Positions 29,829-40,829 of a stretch of DNA of 64,000 nt are shown here, piece by piece (the stretch's first letter is position 1; every line of letters begins with the position of its first letter). Under the pieces are notes generated by a model. That model was not told the DNA's origin, searched no databases, and saw only the letters and a program-made list of their open reading frames with translations. This stretch comes from an uncultured Spirochaetota bacterium (GTDB lineage: Bacteria; Spirochaetota; UBA4802; UBA5550), in NCBI GenBank assembly GCA_963827275.1, contig CAWHAA010000006.1, positions 249,144-313,143 on the forward strand. The letters are read 5' to 3'. The position numbers were made by a program, and so were the translations under genes.

Positions 29829-30931
29829 TTTCTGGAGCCCTTGCCGGATTTCACGAACTTGACAAGGACCATGTCGCCTTTTTTGAGGTTCTTCTTTATC
29901 TCGGTGAAGCTGTCGCCGCGAAGGCCCACTTCCACCACCACCCTTTCAACGGGCAGCTTGCCGCTAACCTTCCCTGCCTGCTTCCATATGATATTCTTCT
30001 CGCCCTCGGTCCGTCCCTCTACCGGGTTGACAAGGAGCGCCTGGTTCGGTACCCGCAGGACCTTATCGACCTTGCTTATTTCAATGGTCGCCGTGGCAGT
30101 CATGCCGGGTTTGAGGATCTGCTCGCTATTATCACATGAGACGATAGATTCGTAGGTAACCAGGCCGCCCTTCACAACCGGTGTGATCCTTACCTGCTCG
30201 ATCTTTCCTGAAAACGTCTTGTTCTGGAACGCGCTTACGGTGAACGTCACGCTCTGCCCCTTTTTCACGAGGCCTATGTCAGATTCGTCAACCGTTATGG
30301 TGAGGGACATTTTTTTCAGGCTCGGGGCGATCAGGAACAACGGCGTGTTGATAGCGACGGGCGCGTCTTTGATGGCGGTTATCTGCAATATGACCCCGTC
30401 GATCGGGGACGTGATGCGGGTGTAGGCTTTCTGCTTCCTGGTGATCTCATAATCAACGATGACCTGCCGGTATCTCAATTGCGCCGATTTATAATTGAAT
30501 TCGGCCCGTTCCATGCCCTTTTCGGATATCAGGTTCTCCTTGAACATGCTCTTTTTGCTTTCGTAGTCCTCTTTCGCAATGATCATTTCAAGCTTGGAGC
30601 TCTCGAGCTGGGCGACGATTTTGCTCAGCCGCTGGTCTATCTCGGTAGCGTCGATTACCGCGAGAAGCTGGCCTTTTTTAACTACCTGGTTGAAATCGAC
30701 CGGCACGTTCACGATTATGCCGTTCGCCTTGCTCAACACATGTATCGTGCCGGAGACTTCGAGCATCCCGGTCACGGATATGGTCCGGAGCACCTGCCCG
30801 ACAGTGACTTCGCTGTATTCGAACTTGTCCTCTCCTCCACTGTTGCAGCCGCGTATTATACCAAAAAAAATAAGCGCTACCGCGCATATGACGACAATTG
30901 CGATTACTTTCTTGCGTGTTACTTTTTGCAT
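29825..30931 (-). CDS. Efflux periplasmic adaptor (MacA-like MFP)
   Basis: N-terminal TM segment; VKKGQLLA, SPIDG, VDESDIG and LKPGMTA motifs. Confidence 0.9.
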   Translation of the reverse strand: MQKVTRKKVIAIVVICAVALIFFGIIRGCNSGGEDKFEYSEVTVGQVLRTISVTGMLEVSGTIHVLSKANGIIVNVPVDFNQVVKKGQLLAVIDATEIDQRLSKIVAQLESSKLEMIIAKEDYESKKSMFKENLISEKGMERAEFNYKSAQLRYRQVIVDYEITRKQKAYTRITSPIDGVILQITAIKDAPVAINTPLFLIAPSLKKMSLTITVDESDIGLVKKGQSVTFTVSAFQNKTFSGKIEQVRITPVVKGGLVTYESIVSCDNSEQILKPGMTATATIEISKVDKVLRVPNQALLVNPVEGRTEGEKNIIWKQAGKVSGKLPVERVVVEVGLRGDSFTEIKKNLKKGDMVLVKFVKSGKGSRK

Positions 30932-32337
30932 AGAGTGTCTTCTCCTAAACCGACAAAGCTTGAAATCCTGGCCATCGTCATCATGTAATCGAACTTCAAG
31001 CGCAGATAGTTCAGCTCGGCATTGGCGCTTGACATGTTTGCATCATGAAGATCGAGAATGGTGGTCGAACCGGCGTCATACATCTTTTTAGCGAGCTTCA
31101 GGTGCTTCTCCGCGTTTTCACGCATGATTTTCGCGGTATTCATCTGCGTGATGAGCTCCTGGAGCGAAGTGTAATTGCTCTGGATAGTCATCTGCAAATT
31201 CACCAGCGCGTCCTTTTCCTTGTAAACGGACTTGTTGTATTCCGCGACGGCCGCATCAATTTTTCCCTTGACCATGCCACCCGAATACAGGTTAAGCCTG
31301 GCGACAAAACCGACGTAACCGGTCGCCTTCCAGTTTGACCCGTCAAAAAAATTCTTTTCGAGCTGACCGTTTTCATACCCGATACCCATCTGCACGTTCA
31401 CTTCGGGATAATGCCCGCCGGTCTCAAGACCGACCTTGACCCTGCTCATCTCCGTCTGCAGCCTCGCGAGCTGGATGTCGGGATAATTCTGCTCGGCAAG
31501 CCGCACAAGCTGGTCAGACGTGTATTCCAGCTCGGGTATTTCTTCCTTCTTCTCGAGCTCGAACTGGACATCGGGATCGTTGACGCCGAGCACGCGGAGG
31601 AGGTCCAGCCGGGAGGTGCGCTCCATGTTCTTCGCTTTTTGAAGCTCGAGCTGGGATTCGCTCAGGTCGACGGTCACCTTGCTGAGATCGAAAATCTGCT
31701 TCTGGGCATTTTTATACAACAGGTGCGTTATCTTGTACCTGTCTTCGTTGTACTTCAGGATCAATTCCCTCAACGCGACGTTTTCACGCGAAAGTATGTA
31801 CGAGTAGTATGACTTCTTGACGTTCAAAATCACGTCGTTGACGACCTTGCGGGACTGCACGTTGGTCATTTTTTTGCCTGTCCGCGCGGATTCAACCATC
31901 CTGTTCGCCTTCTCGTTGTAAAGGCTTATGCCGGCCGACACGCCCATCGAAATACCGATGGTATAATACTTCGAAAGCTTGTCGAAAAAATTTTCAGCTT
32001 TCCTGCTGTCATTGTACTTTTTAATGGCATAGGCGTTTTTTAATTCATCGCTCGAAGAATAGGGGACGAAGGCTTCCCAGTCCTCTGTCTCGCCCACGCG
32101 GGGATACTGGCTGGTTTTTACCTCGGCGTTCACGAAGGGAAGCCGCTGGGCATTGGCAATGCGGTACTCGGCGCATGCTTTTTTCTTGTCTTCCTCCGTG
32201 GCTTTGATCGCAGGGTTGTTTTGCATGGCAATGTTTATGCACTCGTTAAGGCTTACAATCCTGGGCGTACCGGCTGGATACGCCGGGGACCCGGCAAGAA
32301 AGAGTCCAATTGTCGCTATTAGTATGGTCTGCTTCAT
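30919..32337 (-). CDS. TolC-family outer membrane efflux protein
   Basis: Signal peptide and two OEP-like repeats; operon with MFP and ABC genes. Confidence 0.85.
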   Translation of the reverse strand: MKQTILIATIGLFLAGSPAYPAGTPRIVSLNECINIAMQNNPAIKATEEDKKKACAEYRIANAQRLPFVNAEVKTSQYPRVGETEDWEAFVPYSSSDELKNAYAIKKYNDSRKAENFFDKLSKYYTIGISMGVSAGISLYNEKANRMVESARTGKKMTNVQSRKVVNDVILNVKKSYYSYILSRENVALRELILKYNEDRYKITHLLYKNAQKQIFDLSKVTVDLSESQLELQKAKNMERTSRLDLLRVLGVNDPDVQFELEKKEEIPELEYTSDQLVRLAEQNYPDIQLARLQTEMSRVKVGLETGGHYPEVNVQMGIGYENGQLEKNFFDGSNWKATGYVGFVARLNLYSGGMVKGKIDAAVAEYNKSVYKEKDALVNLQMTIQSNYTSLQELITQMNTAKIMRENAEKHLKLAKKMYDAGSTTILDLHDANMSSANAELNYLRLKFDYMMTMARISSFVGLGEDTLCKK

Positions 32338-32742
32338 TGTTAATCCTGATACTATCGGCATTCAAAAGATTACGGATATTCAGTGGTATCACATCGCAGC
32401 GATAACACTGCTAAGCATAACATCGCACCAAACCGCATATCTTCTTAATTAATTTTTATAGTTAAAAACAATCATTTAATTATTTATAACCATTGCTGTC
32501 AAGAAATTAAATAGTGCACCGGTGATATATCCAAAACAATCACTTTCCCGAGCCAATTATTTTAGATATGTTTATTAAGTAAAGTAAAAGAATCAAAATT
32601 ACCGATTTCAAGATAGGACCACGGTGCGTTGAGTATGTTACGTACTACGGACAATCAATGAAACGGATGTATTAAAATAATAAAAATAAAAAAATATTTG
32701 ACAGTTGGTGATGTTAAATTAATAAAGGAAATTCAATTTACC

Positions 32743-32815
32743 GCTGGCGTAGCTCAATCGGTAGAGCAGTTGATTTGTAATCAACATGTTGGGGGTTCAA
32801 TTCCTCTCGCCAGCT
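32743..32815 (+). tRNA. tRNA-Thr(TGT)
   Basis: GCTGGCG/CGCCAGC acceptor stem and GTTGA-TTTGTAA-TCAAC anticodon arm. Confidence 0.95.
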
Positions 32816-32828
32816 CTTTTAAAGTTAT

Positions 32829-32910
32829 GGTGAGGTTCCCGAGCGGCCAAAGGGAGCAGACTGTAAATCTGCCGGCGTAGCCTTCGATGGTTCGAATCCA
32901 TCCCTCACCA
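32829..32910 (+). tRNA. tRNA-Tyr(GTA)
   Basis: GGTGAGG/CCTCACC acceptor stem, GCAGA-CTGTAAA-TCTGC anticodon arm and long variable arm. Confidence 0.95.
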
Positions 32911-32915
32911 CAGAA

Positions 32916-32957
32916 CAGACAGGGAAGCGGTGCCATGAGGCGCCGCTTTTCTGTCTG
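32916..32957 (+). terminator. Hairpin (probable terminator) after the tRNA pair
   Basis: CAGACAGGGAAGCGGTGCC / GGCGCCGCTTTTCTGTCTG inverted repeat. Confidence 0.55.
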
Positions 32958-33057
32958 CCCCCACCCCGGAAGCTCCAGGTGCGCACCAATTTTTTTCTGG
33001 ACAATATCTGCACGGAACTGTTAAATACAATGATCAATACATATTCGGGGAGATTGC

Positions 33058-33789
33058 ATGCTTTCTGATGATGAAATCGGGCTTTACACGCGGCAGCTGG
33101 GAATTGCCTCCTGGGGCGAATCTGCACAGGAACGGCTGAAAAAATCCAGGGTCTTCGTCGCGGGGGCCGGCGGACTGGGGAGCGCGGTTATCTATTATCT
33201 CTCGGCAGCCGGCGTCGGCGAAATCACCATCTGCGATTCCGATTCGGTGGAGCTGTCGAACCTCAACCGGCAGATCCTGCATCGTTATGACCGGATCGGC
33301 ATGAAGAAATCAGATTCAGCCCGTGTATCCGCGTCCGGGTTAAACCCGTTCATAACCATTACGTCCCTTACCGCAACAATCGACAAAAACAACGCGGAGG
33401 ATATTATCGGGGAACCTGACCTTATCCTTGACTGCCTCGATAATTTTGACACACGCTTCGTCTTGAACCGGGTGTCCGTGACGAGACACATACCGATGAT
33501 CCATGCCGGGGTGTCGGAATTCCAGGGGCAGATAACGTTTCTGCATCCGCCCGAGACGCCATGCCTTGAATGCTTCATCAAACGGGATGTTAAAAAGAGC
33601 GGCAAAAATATCGCAGGGATGACGCCCGGCATCATCGGGTCGATGCAGGCGCTGGAGGCGGTAAAATATCTTTCAGGTATCGGCGCGACGCTTAAGAACA
33701 GGCTTGTTTTCTGGGACGGCCTTGCCGTACGCCTTGAAAGCATCGCTTTAAAGCGGGACCCCGGATGCAGCGTCTGCAGAACTATTTGA
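33058..33789 (+). CDS. ThiF/MoeB/HesA family adenylyltransferase
   Basis: GAGGLGS, SNLNRQ, DCLDN and two CxxC motifs. Confidence 0.92.
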   Translation: MLSDDEIGLYTRQLGIASWGESAQERLKKSRVFVAGAGGLGSAVIYYLSAAGVGEITICDSDSVELSNLNRQILHRYDRIGMKKSDSARVSASGLNPFITITSLTATIDKNNAEDIIGEPDLILDCLDNFDTRFVLNRVSVTRHIPMIHAGVSEFQGQITFLHPPETPCLECFIKRDVKKSGKNIAGMTPGIIGSMQALEAVKYLSGIGATLKNRLVFWDGLAVRLESIALKRDPGCSVCRTI

Positions 33790-33878
33790 TATGGTGCCGC
33801 AGCAGGAACATAAAGGCGGGTCGTATGGCATTATTTTAAACATAATCTTTGCTTTATAAATTTCAACAGGAGAACCAC

Positions 33879-34205
33879 ATGCCGTCAATCAAACGTATCG
33901 CTATCATAATTTTAATCACGGTCATTGCCGGAACGGGCATTTTCGTGTATTTCAGGTACTTCTTCACGTACGAGCAGAGACAGCAGGTCAAGAGATCGAT
34001 AGATTCCGTGACCGGCCAGAACCTGACGATTACCGTTTTCGGGTACGACGGCAGGATTATCAAACGGTGGGTCGGCATCGAAAAGATAACCTCCGGCCGC
34101 GACAGGTCGGGGACCGGCGAGCGCAATTACACGTATTTCTACACCAAGGACGGCAAATACGTGCAGATCCCGGACTCGGTGTGGTATATAGCTGAAGAGG
34201 AATAG
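33879..34205 (+). CDS. Hypothetical protein with N-terminal membrane anchor
   Basis: AGGAG Shine-Dalgarno site and hydrophobic N-terminus; abuts recG. Confidence 0.65.
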   Translation: MPSIKRIAIIILITVIAGTGIFVYFRYFFTYEQRQQVKRSIDSVTGQNLTITVFGYDGRIIKRWVGIEKITSGRDRSGTGERNYTYFYTKDGKYVQIPDSVWYIAEEE

Positions 34206-34206
34206 C

Positions 34207-36306
34207 GTGCTGACTGACCCCATAACCGTTCTCAAGGGGGTCGGCCCGAAAAAGGCCCTGGTACTGAAGCAAGAAGCGGGCATTGAAACGATCGAAGACC
34301 TCCTCTACTATGTGCCGCGCAGGTACATCGATCGCTCTCATTTCAAACAGATAAAAGACTGCTTTGTCAATGACCTGGTGACAATATCCGGCACGATTAC
34401 CGACGTATCGGTCACGAGACGCAGGAAGCGTATACTGGAAGTGGTCATCGACGACGGGACCGATACCTGCACCGGCGTTTTCTTCGGTGGTATTGAATAT
34501 TTTCAGAAAATTTTCGCAGTCGGCGATACCGTCATGTTTTCCGGAAAAATCAATGTTTTCCGGGTAAAGCAGATCACCCATCCCGAATTTGACATCATCG
34601 GCGACAGCGCAACCGCCCCGCAGCAGGCGATACATACCGGCCGCATCATACCGCTGTACCATTCAACTGAGGCACTGAAGGGCCTGGGCCTTGATTCCCG
34701 CGGGTTCAGGCGGATCATAAAGCCGGCGCTGGACGCCTATTCCGCGCTGATCACCGAGACCATGCCCCCCGAGACCATCGCACGGCATGCCCTTCCCGGC
34801 CTCAGGGAGGCCCTGTACGCGATACACTTTCCCGAGACGTTCGAGCAGGCGGAACGCGCACGAAAGAGGCTGGCGTTCAACGAGCTCTTCTTTCACCAGT
34901 GGTACCTTTCTATTTCCCGTCGCCTTGCCCGCGAAACAGGGAAAAAGAGAGCGGGCGACATTGACCCTGCGGTGTTACGCGACTTTTCAGCGTCCCTCCC
35001 ATTTGAGCTGACCGTGGACCAGCGGGCCGCGGTAGATGAAATCAGGCGCGACATGTCCTCTCCCTTTCCCATGAACCGCCTCCTCCAGGGGGACGTCGGT
35101 TCGGGTAAAACCGTCGTTGCCATGGCGGCGTCGCTCCTTGCAAAAAGCGCCGGCAGGCAGACCGCGGTAATGGCGCCGACGGAGCTCCTCGCGCGGCAGC
35201 ACCATATGAATTTCATCAAGTTTCTCGGTGGAAGAACACGGACTGTGCTCCTCACCGGCGGCATGACCTCCGGCGAAAAGCAGGCGGCCTGCGCGATGAT
35301 AGCATCCGGCGCGGCGGACATAGTCATCGGCACCCACGCCATCATACAGGAACATGTATCGTTCAAAAACCTCGGCCTTATCGTAATAGACGAGCAGCAC
35401 CGGTTCGGGGTTGAGCAGCGCGCCGCCCTCAGAAAAAAGGGCGACGATTCCGACCTCCTCGTGATGACGGCGACGCCCATCCCGCGCTCGCTTTCCCTCA
35501 CCATATACGGCGACCTTTCCGTGACATCGATACGCACCATGCCGGCGAACAGGGTGGCCATCAAAACGATGGCCTTCCCCGAATCGCGCCTGAAAGGGGT
35601 CTACAATTCAATCGGCAAATACATTGCCCAGGGACTGCAGGTGTATTACGTTCTTCCCCTGGTCGAAGACTCTGAAAAAATCGACCTCAAGTCCGCCATC
35701 GGGGTGTACGAGCATCTGAAAAATGACATTTTCACCGACCGGCGCGTCGAGCTCCTGCACGGCAGGATGAAGCAGGCGGAGCGCGATTCAATCATGGAGC
35801 GGTTTAAAAACGGCGAAATAGACATCCTCGTCGCCACCACGGTCATCGAGGTTGGCATAGACGTCCCCAACGCCGCCATCATCGTGATCGAGCACGCCGA
35901 GCGGTTCGGCCTCGCGCAGCTCCACCAGCTCAGGGGCCGCGTCGGCCGCGGCGACCGCCAGTCCTTCTGCATACTGATTACGCCGGACGACATACCGCCG
36001 GAGAGCAGGATGCGGATCGAAACCATTGTTTCCACCCTGGACGGATTCGTTATCTCGGAGGAGGACCTCAGGCAGCGGGGCGCGGGTGAATTGATCGGGG
36101 TGCGCCAGCATGGCCATGGCGCTGAATTCGAATTCGCCGACCTGTCACTGGACATGGAGCTCATACTGTATGCCCGGGAGATGGCCGAGAAAAGCGTGTC
36201 GGGGATTCCCGACATAGCCGCGTTGTGGAAGGATTTCGCGAACAGGAGATACGTCCCGCTCCTTGCAGGGATCAGGGACAAAAAGATACTTTCGCTGCTG
36301 TCATAA
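34207..36306 (+). CDS. recG: ATP-dependent DNA helicase RecG
   Basis: LQGDVGSGKT, DEQHRFGV, MTATPIPR and QLHQLRGRVGRG motifs. Confidence 0.97.
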   Translation: MLTDPITVLKGVGPKKALVLKQEAGIETIEDLLYYVPRRYIDRSHFKQIKDCFVNDLVTISGTITDVSVTRRRKRILEVVIDDGTDTCTGVFFGGIEYFQKIFAVGDTVMFSGKINVFRVKQITHPEFDIIGDSATAPQQAIHTGRIIPLYHSTEALKGLGLDSRGFRRIIKPALDAYSALITETMPPETIARHALPGLREALYAIHFPETFEQAERARKRLAFNELFFHQWYLSISRRLARETGKKRAGDIDPAVLRDFSASLPFELTVDQRAAVDEIRRDMSSPFPMNRLLQGDVGSGKTVVAMAASLLAKSAGRQTAVMAPTELLARQHHMNFIKFLGGRTRTVLLTGGMTSGEKQAACAMIASGAADIVIGTHAIIQEHVSFKNLGLIVIDEQHRFGVEQRAALRKKGDDSDLLVMTATPIPRSLSLTIYGDLSVTSIRTMPANRVAIKTMAFPESRLKGVYNSIGKYIAQGLQVYYVLPLVEDSEKIDLKSAIGVYEHLKNDIFTDRRVELLHGRMKQAERDSIMERFKNGEIDILVATTVIEVGIDVPNAAIIVIEHAERFGLAQLHQLRGRVGRGDRQSFCILITPDDIPPESRMRIETIVSTLDGFVISEEDLRQRGAGELIGVRQHGHGAEFEFADLSLDMELILYAREMAEKSVSGIPDIAALWKDFANRRYVPLLAGIRDKKILSLLS

Positions 36307-36326
36307 CGCGCGTTGCGGAAATTCGA

Positions 36327-37292
36327 TCACATGAATATCGTGCCGCCGAGGAAGCGCCGGTAGATTTCTATGTTCAATTGGCCGAACCATTCGACGCCCT
36401 TCAGCTGGAACAGCTTACCCCTGCTGATGCTCTTTTCAACGCCCAGCTTCTCGTTCAATTGCTCGAGGCGCCCGTTGAATATCTTCAAATCGTTATAATA
36501 TTTCGAGGAAACGATCTTTTTTATATCCTCGAACTTCTGGATGCTGTCGTAGGGGAGATCGAGCGAATTGATGTTCTCCTCGAACCATTTCATGACGATC
36601 TCTTTGATGAACTCATCGGGAAAATAACGCGACGCCTTGTTCCCGGGCAGGTACTTGTAGCAGTACCCGTATTTTTTACCGTAAAACATGTCGCGTATAT
36701 ACTTGTAAAAGGTCAGCGGACCGGCGTGGAAAATAAACAGCTTCTCAGTCTCACGGTCAAGCTTGAAGGCTTTGGACAGGCTGCCGACCGAGGAAATGAT
36801 GATTTTATTGATGAACGAAACATAGCGCTCGGTGATATGATCGGCGGGCCTCCTGAGGAACGCAACGATCTCCTGCTTTATCTTCTGCTTTATCTCTTCA
36901 GGGCTGGTGGGTGCTTCCACGAAATAGAATGATTTTTCAAGGCTTTCCGTGTCGCCCTTCAATGCATCGGGATTGATCCGTATCAGGTACGGCTCACGCG
37001 TATTCCATGTCTTCGTCCCCTTCAGGGTAAAGGGGCCGATATTCTCTGCCGGCGGCACGGCCGCGGTATCGTCAACCGCAGGCACGGGCTGCTCTGGCGC
37101 AACGGGCTGTTCAGGCAGGGGCTGCGTTTCCGCCTTCCTCTCTTCCTCCCCCTCCGCCTCGTGCGACCCCGCAAGGGAATCGATCAGCTTTACAATCTCA
37201 TCGTTTTTCCTGCTTTCCGGGCCGGCATCGTTGAAGAGCTTCTCATCGTTATCCTTGTCGATATTCGACAGAATTTGTTCGATTTCATTCAT
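36327..37292 (-). CDS. Hypothetical protein (acidic, Pro-rich N-terminus)
   Basis: 321-aa ORF directly downstream of ftsH on the same strand; no family recognised. Confidence 0.7.
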   Translation of the reverse strand: MNEIEQILSNIDKDNDEKLFNDAGPESRKNDEIVKLIDSLAGSHEAEGEEERKAETQPLPEQPVAPEQPVPAVDDTAAVPPAENIGPFTLKGTKTWNTREPYLIRINPDALKGDTESLEKSFYFVEAPTSPEEIKQKIKQEIVAFLRRPADHITERYVSFINKIIISSVGSLSKAFKLDRETEKLFIFHAGPLTFYKYIRDMFYGKKYGYCYKYLPGNKASRYFPDEFIKEIVMKWFEENINSLDLPYDSIQKFEDIKKIVSSKYYNDLKIFNGRLEQLNEKLGVEKSISRGKLFQLKGVEWFGQLNIEIYRRFLGGTIFM

Positions 37293-37307
37293 GTGCGCAC
37301 CGGAACA

Positions 37308-39239
37308 TTAATTTTCGTCGGCGGATTTTTCTTCATATTTAACCTTAACCGGCTCCTGTGGTTTGGTCTTTTCCTCGATGCCCTGTGGCGGCGGGAGCTT
37401 TTTACCCTCCATGATAAGGTTAATCTCCGCCCCGGTCAGCGTCTCGCGCTCAATGAGGCTCTGAGCGATACGGTCGAGCTTGCCCATGTTTTTCTTCAGC
37501 AGGCGCTGGGCGTTTAGCTTGCATGCCCCCATGATGGCGTTCACCTCGTCGTCGATCACCTGCGCGGTTGCCTCGCTGTAGTCCCGGTGCTGCGATATCT
37601 CCCTTCCGAGAAAAATCTGTTCGTTACGCTTGCCGAAGGTGATCGGCCCGAGCTTTTCGCTCATGCCCCATTCACAGACCATGTTGCGCGCTATATTTGA
37701 CGCCCGTTCAAGATCGCTGCTCGAACCGGTGGTGACCTCCTTGAACTTTATCGCTTCGGCGAGGTGCCCGCCGAAAAGAACCGTTATCTGGTTCAGCAGG
37801 TATTTTTGTGAATTCAACCGGCGGTCTTCCTTGGGAAGCTGCATCGTGATGCCGAGCGCCCTTCCCCGCGGGATTATCGTCACCTTGTGTACCGGGTCAG
37901 AACCGGTCAGGACGCCGAGTATCGCGTGACCGCCCTCGTGGTAGGCGGTTATCTCCTTTTCCTTGTCGGAAATGAGTATTGACCGCCGTTCGGGTCCCAT
38001 CAGCACCTTGTCTTTCGCGTCCTCCATTTCCTCCATGCTCACCCGCTTCTTGTTCCGTCGCGCCGCGAGGAGCGCCGATTCGTTGATGAGGTTCGCCAGG
38101 TCAGCGCCGGTAAAGCCCGGCGTTCCCCGGGCGATTATCTTGAGGTCCACTTCACGCGAAAGGGGTATCTTCTTGGAGTGCACGGCGAGGATCTTTTCCC
38201 GTCCCCTGACGTCAGGGATGTCCACAACCACCTCGCGGTCAAAACGTCCCGGCCGGAGCAGCGCCGGATCAAGGACATCGGGCCTGTTGGTCGCAGCAAT
38301 GATAATAACGCCCTCATTGGTCTCAAAACCGTCCATTTCAACCAGCAGCTGGTTCAGGGTCTGTTCGCGCTCATCATGACCGCCGCCAAGCCCCGCGCCG
38401 CGGAGGCGTCCCACGGCGTCTATCTCGTCAATGAAGATGATGCAGGGAGCGTTCTTTTTTCCCTGGTCAAACAGGTCACGCACGCGTGACGCGCCGACGC
38501 CGACGAACATCTCCACGAAATCCGACCCGCTTATTGAAAAGAACGGCACCCCCGCCTCACCGGCGATGGCGCGCGCCAGGAGGGTCTTGCCGGTGCCCGG
38601 AGGGCCCATGAGAAGAACGCCGGTCGGGATCTTCGCGCCTATGTTGATGAATTTTTTCGGTTCTTTCAGGAATTCAACGATTTCCTTAAGCTCCTCCTTT
38701 GCCTCATCCACGCCCGCCACGTCGGCGAAGGTCACTTTCTTTTTTGTTTCCGGATTGAGCTTCGCCTTGCTTTTACCGAAGGAGAGCGCCTTGTTCCCTG
38801 TCGATTGTATCTGCCGGATCATGATGAACCAGATGAATCCGAAAAAGAGGAGCCAGGGGAGGAAACTGAGTACGCCGTTGAGCAGCTTGTTGTCGTCATC
38901 ATCCTTGCCGTCGACCTTTATCCCGCTGGAAATGAGCGTCTTGATGAGCTCCGGGTCCTCATAGGGGATTATCGTTTCAAAATCCGGCCCCTCCTTTTTT
39001 GCGAACCCTTTAACGTCGGGCTTCTTGATTTCTTCAAGTTTACTGATGCTGTAATACCCGAGTATTTTCTTGTTATTTTCTATTGTTACACGCGAAATTT
39101 CTTTGGCCGAGACCTTCTGCAGAAACTCGCTGTAACTCAGGGTCTTCTTGTCGCTGCCGGTCTGGTTCAGCTGAAATATCGCTATAATTATCAGCCCGAT
39201 GAGAAGAAGGAGGGCTATCTGCTTTGCGGTCTTATTCAT
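37308..39239 (-). CDS. ftsH: ATP-dependent zinc metalloprotease FtsH
   Basis: Two TM segments; [23 protein letters not shown] and HEGGH motifs. Confidence 0.98.
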   Translation of the reverse strand: MNKTAKQIALLLLIGLIIIAIFQLNQTGSDKKTLSYSEFLQKVSAKEISRVTIENNKKILGYYSISKLEEIKKPDVKGFAKKEGPDFETIIPYEDPELIKTLISSGIKVDGKDDDDNKLLNGVLSFLPWLLFFGFIWFIMIRQIQSTGNKALSFGKSKAKLNPETKKKVTFADVAGVDEAKEELKEIVEFLKEPKKFINIGAKIPTGVLLMGPPGTGKTLLARAIAGEAGVPFFSISGSDFVEMFVGVGASRVRDLFDQGKKNAPCIIFIDEIDAVGRLRGAGLGGGHDEREQTLNQLLVEMDGFETNEGVIIIAATNRPDVLDPALLRPGRFDREVVVDIPDVRGREKILAVHSKKIPLSREVDLKIIARGTPGFTGADLANLINESALLAARRNKKRVSMEEMEDAKDKVLMGPERRSILISDKEKEITAYHEGGHAILGVLTGSDPVHKVTIIPRGRALGITMQLPKEDRRLNSQKYLLNQITVLFGGHLAEAIKFKEVTTGSSSDLERASNIARNMVCEWGMSEKLGPITFGKRNEQIFLGREISQHRDYSEATAQVIDDEVNAIMGACKLNAQRLLKKNMGKLDRIAQSLIERETLTGAEINLIMEGKKLPPPQGIEEKTKPQEPVKVKYEEKSADEN

Positions 39240-39263
39240 TTATATCTCCTGGTTCGTTGTCTT

Positions 39264-40685
39264 TCAGAGTCGGTTTTTAATGACAGCAATTACTTTTTTT
39301 GAATTTTTGTCTACAAGAAAATCGGAGGACACCCTGTTCGGCGCATCAAGCAGAAAGCCGGGCATGCACGCAGCAACCGCATCCCCTGTTGCGATGAGCG
39401 GCACGCGGTCTTTCGTGGAGGCGTCAAGCTTCATCTCTATCATCAGGTCTTTTATTTTTTTCGTACCCTTTGCCGTCCGGATACGGTCGCCGGCTCTCCT
39501 GTTCCTAATATATATTGTTTCATCGTTATTTTCCACCGCCATGAATACATAACCGCTATTTTTAAAATATTTTTCAAAATAACCGTACTCAACCAGACGC
39601 ACCGTCACGGAGATGCCGATTTCACGGAGATCCAGCTGCGCTTCCCGAAAATTTTCAAGATCGACGCGGTACTCCCATGCCGTGTGGCGGGATGCCTGCT
39701 GCGCGCGAGGTGAGATCACGAGCCGGCTCTTTCCATCCCTGAAAATCTTTTCAACATTGATTTTACTGTCGGTATAGATACGGACGTTTGCACGCGGGAT
39801 CCCGTACTTCCCGTATAGTTCATCCAGCATGGCGCGGTTCACCGCGTGACCGAAGCGCTCACGCATGGTCCTCGAAACGATATGGCAGAAGGCGGGGTAA
39901 TCGTTCATCAGTATATCGGCGTCGATATGCACCCCCTCCCCGACCGCCCGTACCGGGTCACCGTATTTCTCAAGCAGGAGTCGGTCAAGAAGCGAGATGG
40001 TATCGGCCGCCACCTCGCCCAGCGAGCGCACAGAGTTCGCGATCATGGGAAACTTCTCCCGCGCGAGGGGGAGCACCCGCTGGCGGATAAAGTTCCTGGC
40101 ATACGAGATATCGCTGTTCGACGCGTCCTCGCGCCATGCGATGCCATGCTCTTCAAGGAACCCGTATATCTCGGCGGCGGTTATCGACAGGAGCGGCCGT
40201 ATGATCGCGCCGCGGCGCGGCGGGATCCCCTGCAGGCCGTGAATGCCGGTCCCACCGAACACGCGCATCAGTATCGTTTCCACGCTGTCATCAAGGGTAT
40301 GGCCGGTCGCGATCCTGTTGAACCCGTGCGCCGATGCGATATCCGAAGCGGTGCGGTACCTGACGTTCCGCGCGTGCTCTTCAAACGACGTGCCGGGGTG
40401 ATCGTCGAAGGTAAAATCATGCCGGCGCGCGAACAGCTCCATGCCGCAGGCGCGTGCGCATTCGGCAAGATGTTCCTCGTCCCCGTCTGAATCGGCCCCG
40501 CGCATCATGTGGTTCAGGTGGAATATGCCTGTTTCAAAGCCGCGCTCACGACCGATGGAGCGCAGCGCGTGGAGCAAAAACATGGAATCCTTGCCGGCCG
40601 AAAGCGACATAAGCACGCGGTCGTTTTTTTCTATAAGCCCATGCCGGTCGATATAATCGCCGACACGTACAATGAGATCGCTCAT
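39264..40685 (-). CDS. tilS: tRNA(Ile)-lysidine synthetase
   Basis: SAGKDS PP-loop, HLNH, ATGHTLDD, IIRPLL and EDASN motifs; upstream of ftsH. Confidence 0.93.
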   Translation of the reverse strand: MSDLIVRVGDYIDRHGLIEKNDRVLMSLSAGKDSMFLLHALRSIGRERGFETGIFHLNHMMRGADSDGDEEHLAECARACGMELFARRHDFTFDDHPGTSFEEHARNVRYRTASDIASAHGFNRIATGHTLDDSVETILMRVFGGTGIHGLQGIPPRRGAIIRPLLSITAAEIYGFLEEHGIAWREDASNSDISYARNFIRQRVLPLAREKFPMIANSVRSLGEVAADTISLLDRLLLEKYGDPVRAVGEGVHIDADILMNDYPAFCHIVSRTMRERFGHAVNRAMLDELYGKYGIPRANVRIYTDSKINVEKIFRDGKSRLVISPRAQQASRHTAWEYRVDLENFREAQLDLREIGISVTVRLVEYGYFEKYFKNSGYVFMAVENNDETIYIRNRRAGDRIRTAKGTKKIKDLMIEMKLDASTKDRVPLIATGDAVAACMPGFLLDAPNRVSSDFLVDKNSKKVIAVIKNRL

Positions 40686-40829
40686 GTTCTCATTGTATGG
40701 CGCAACGGCAATCCTGTCAAATATATTCGGTCCGGAGGCGCCGGGGACGCTGTTCCGATGAATATTTTTCTTGACTGAAAGTTCCCCGGACATGATTCTA
40801 CTATATCAACATTTCCACCGGGGTGCGGC

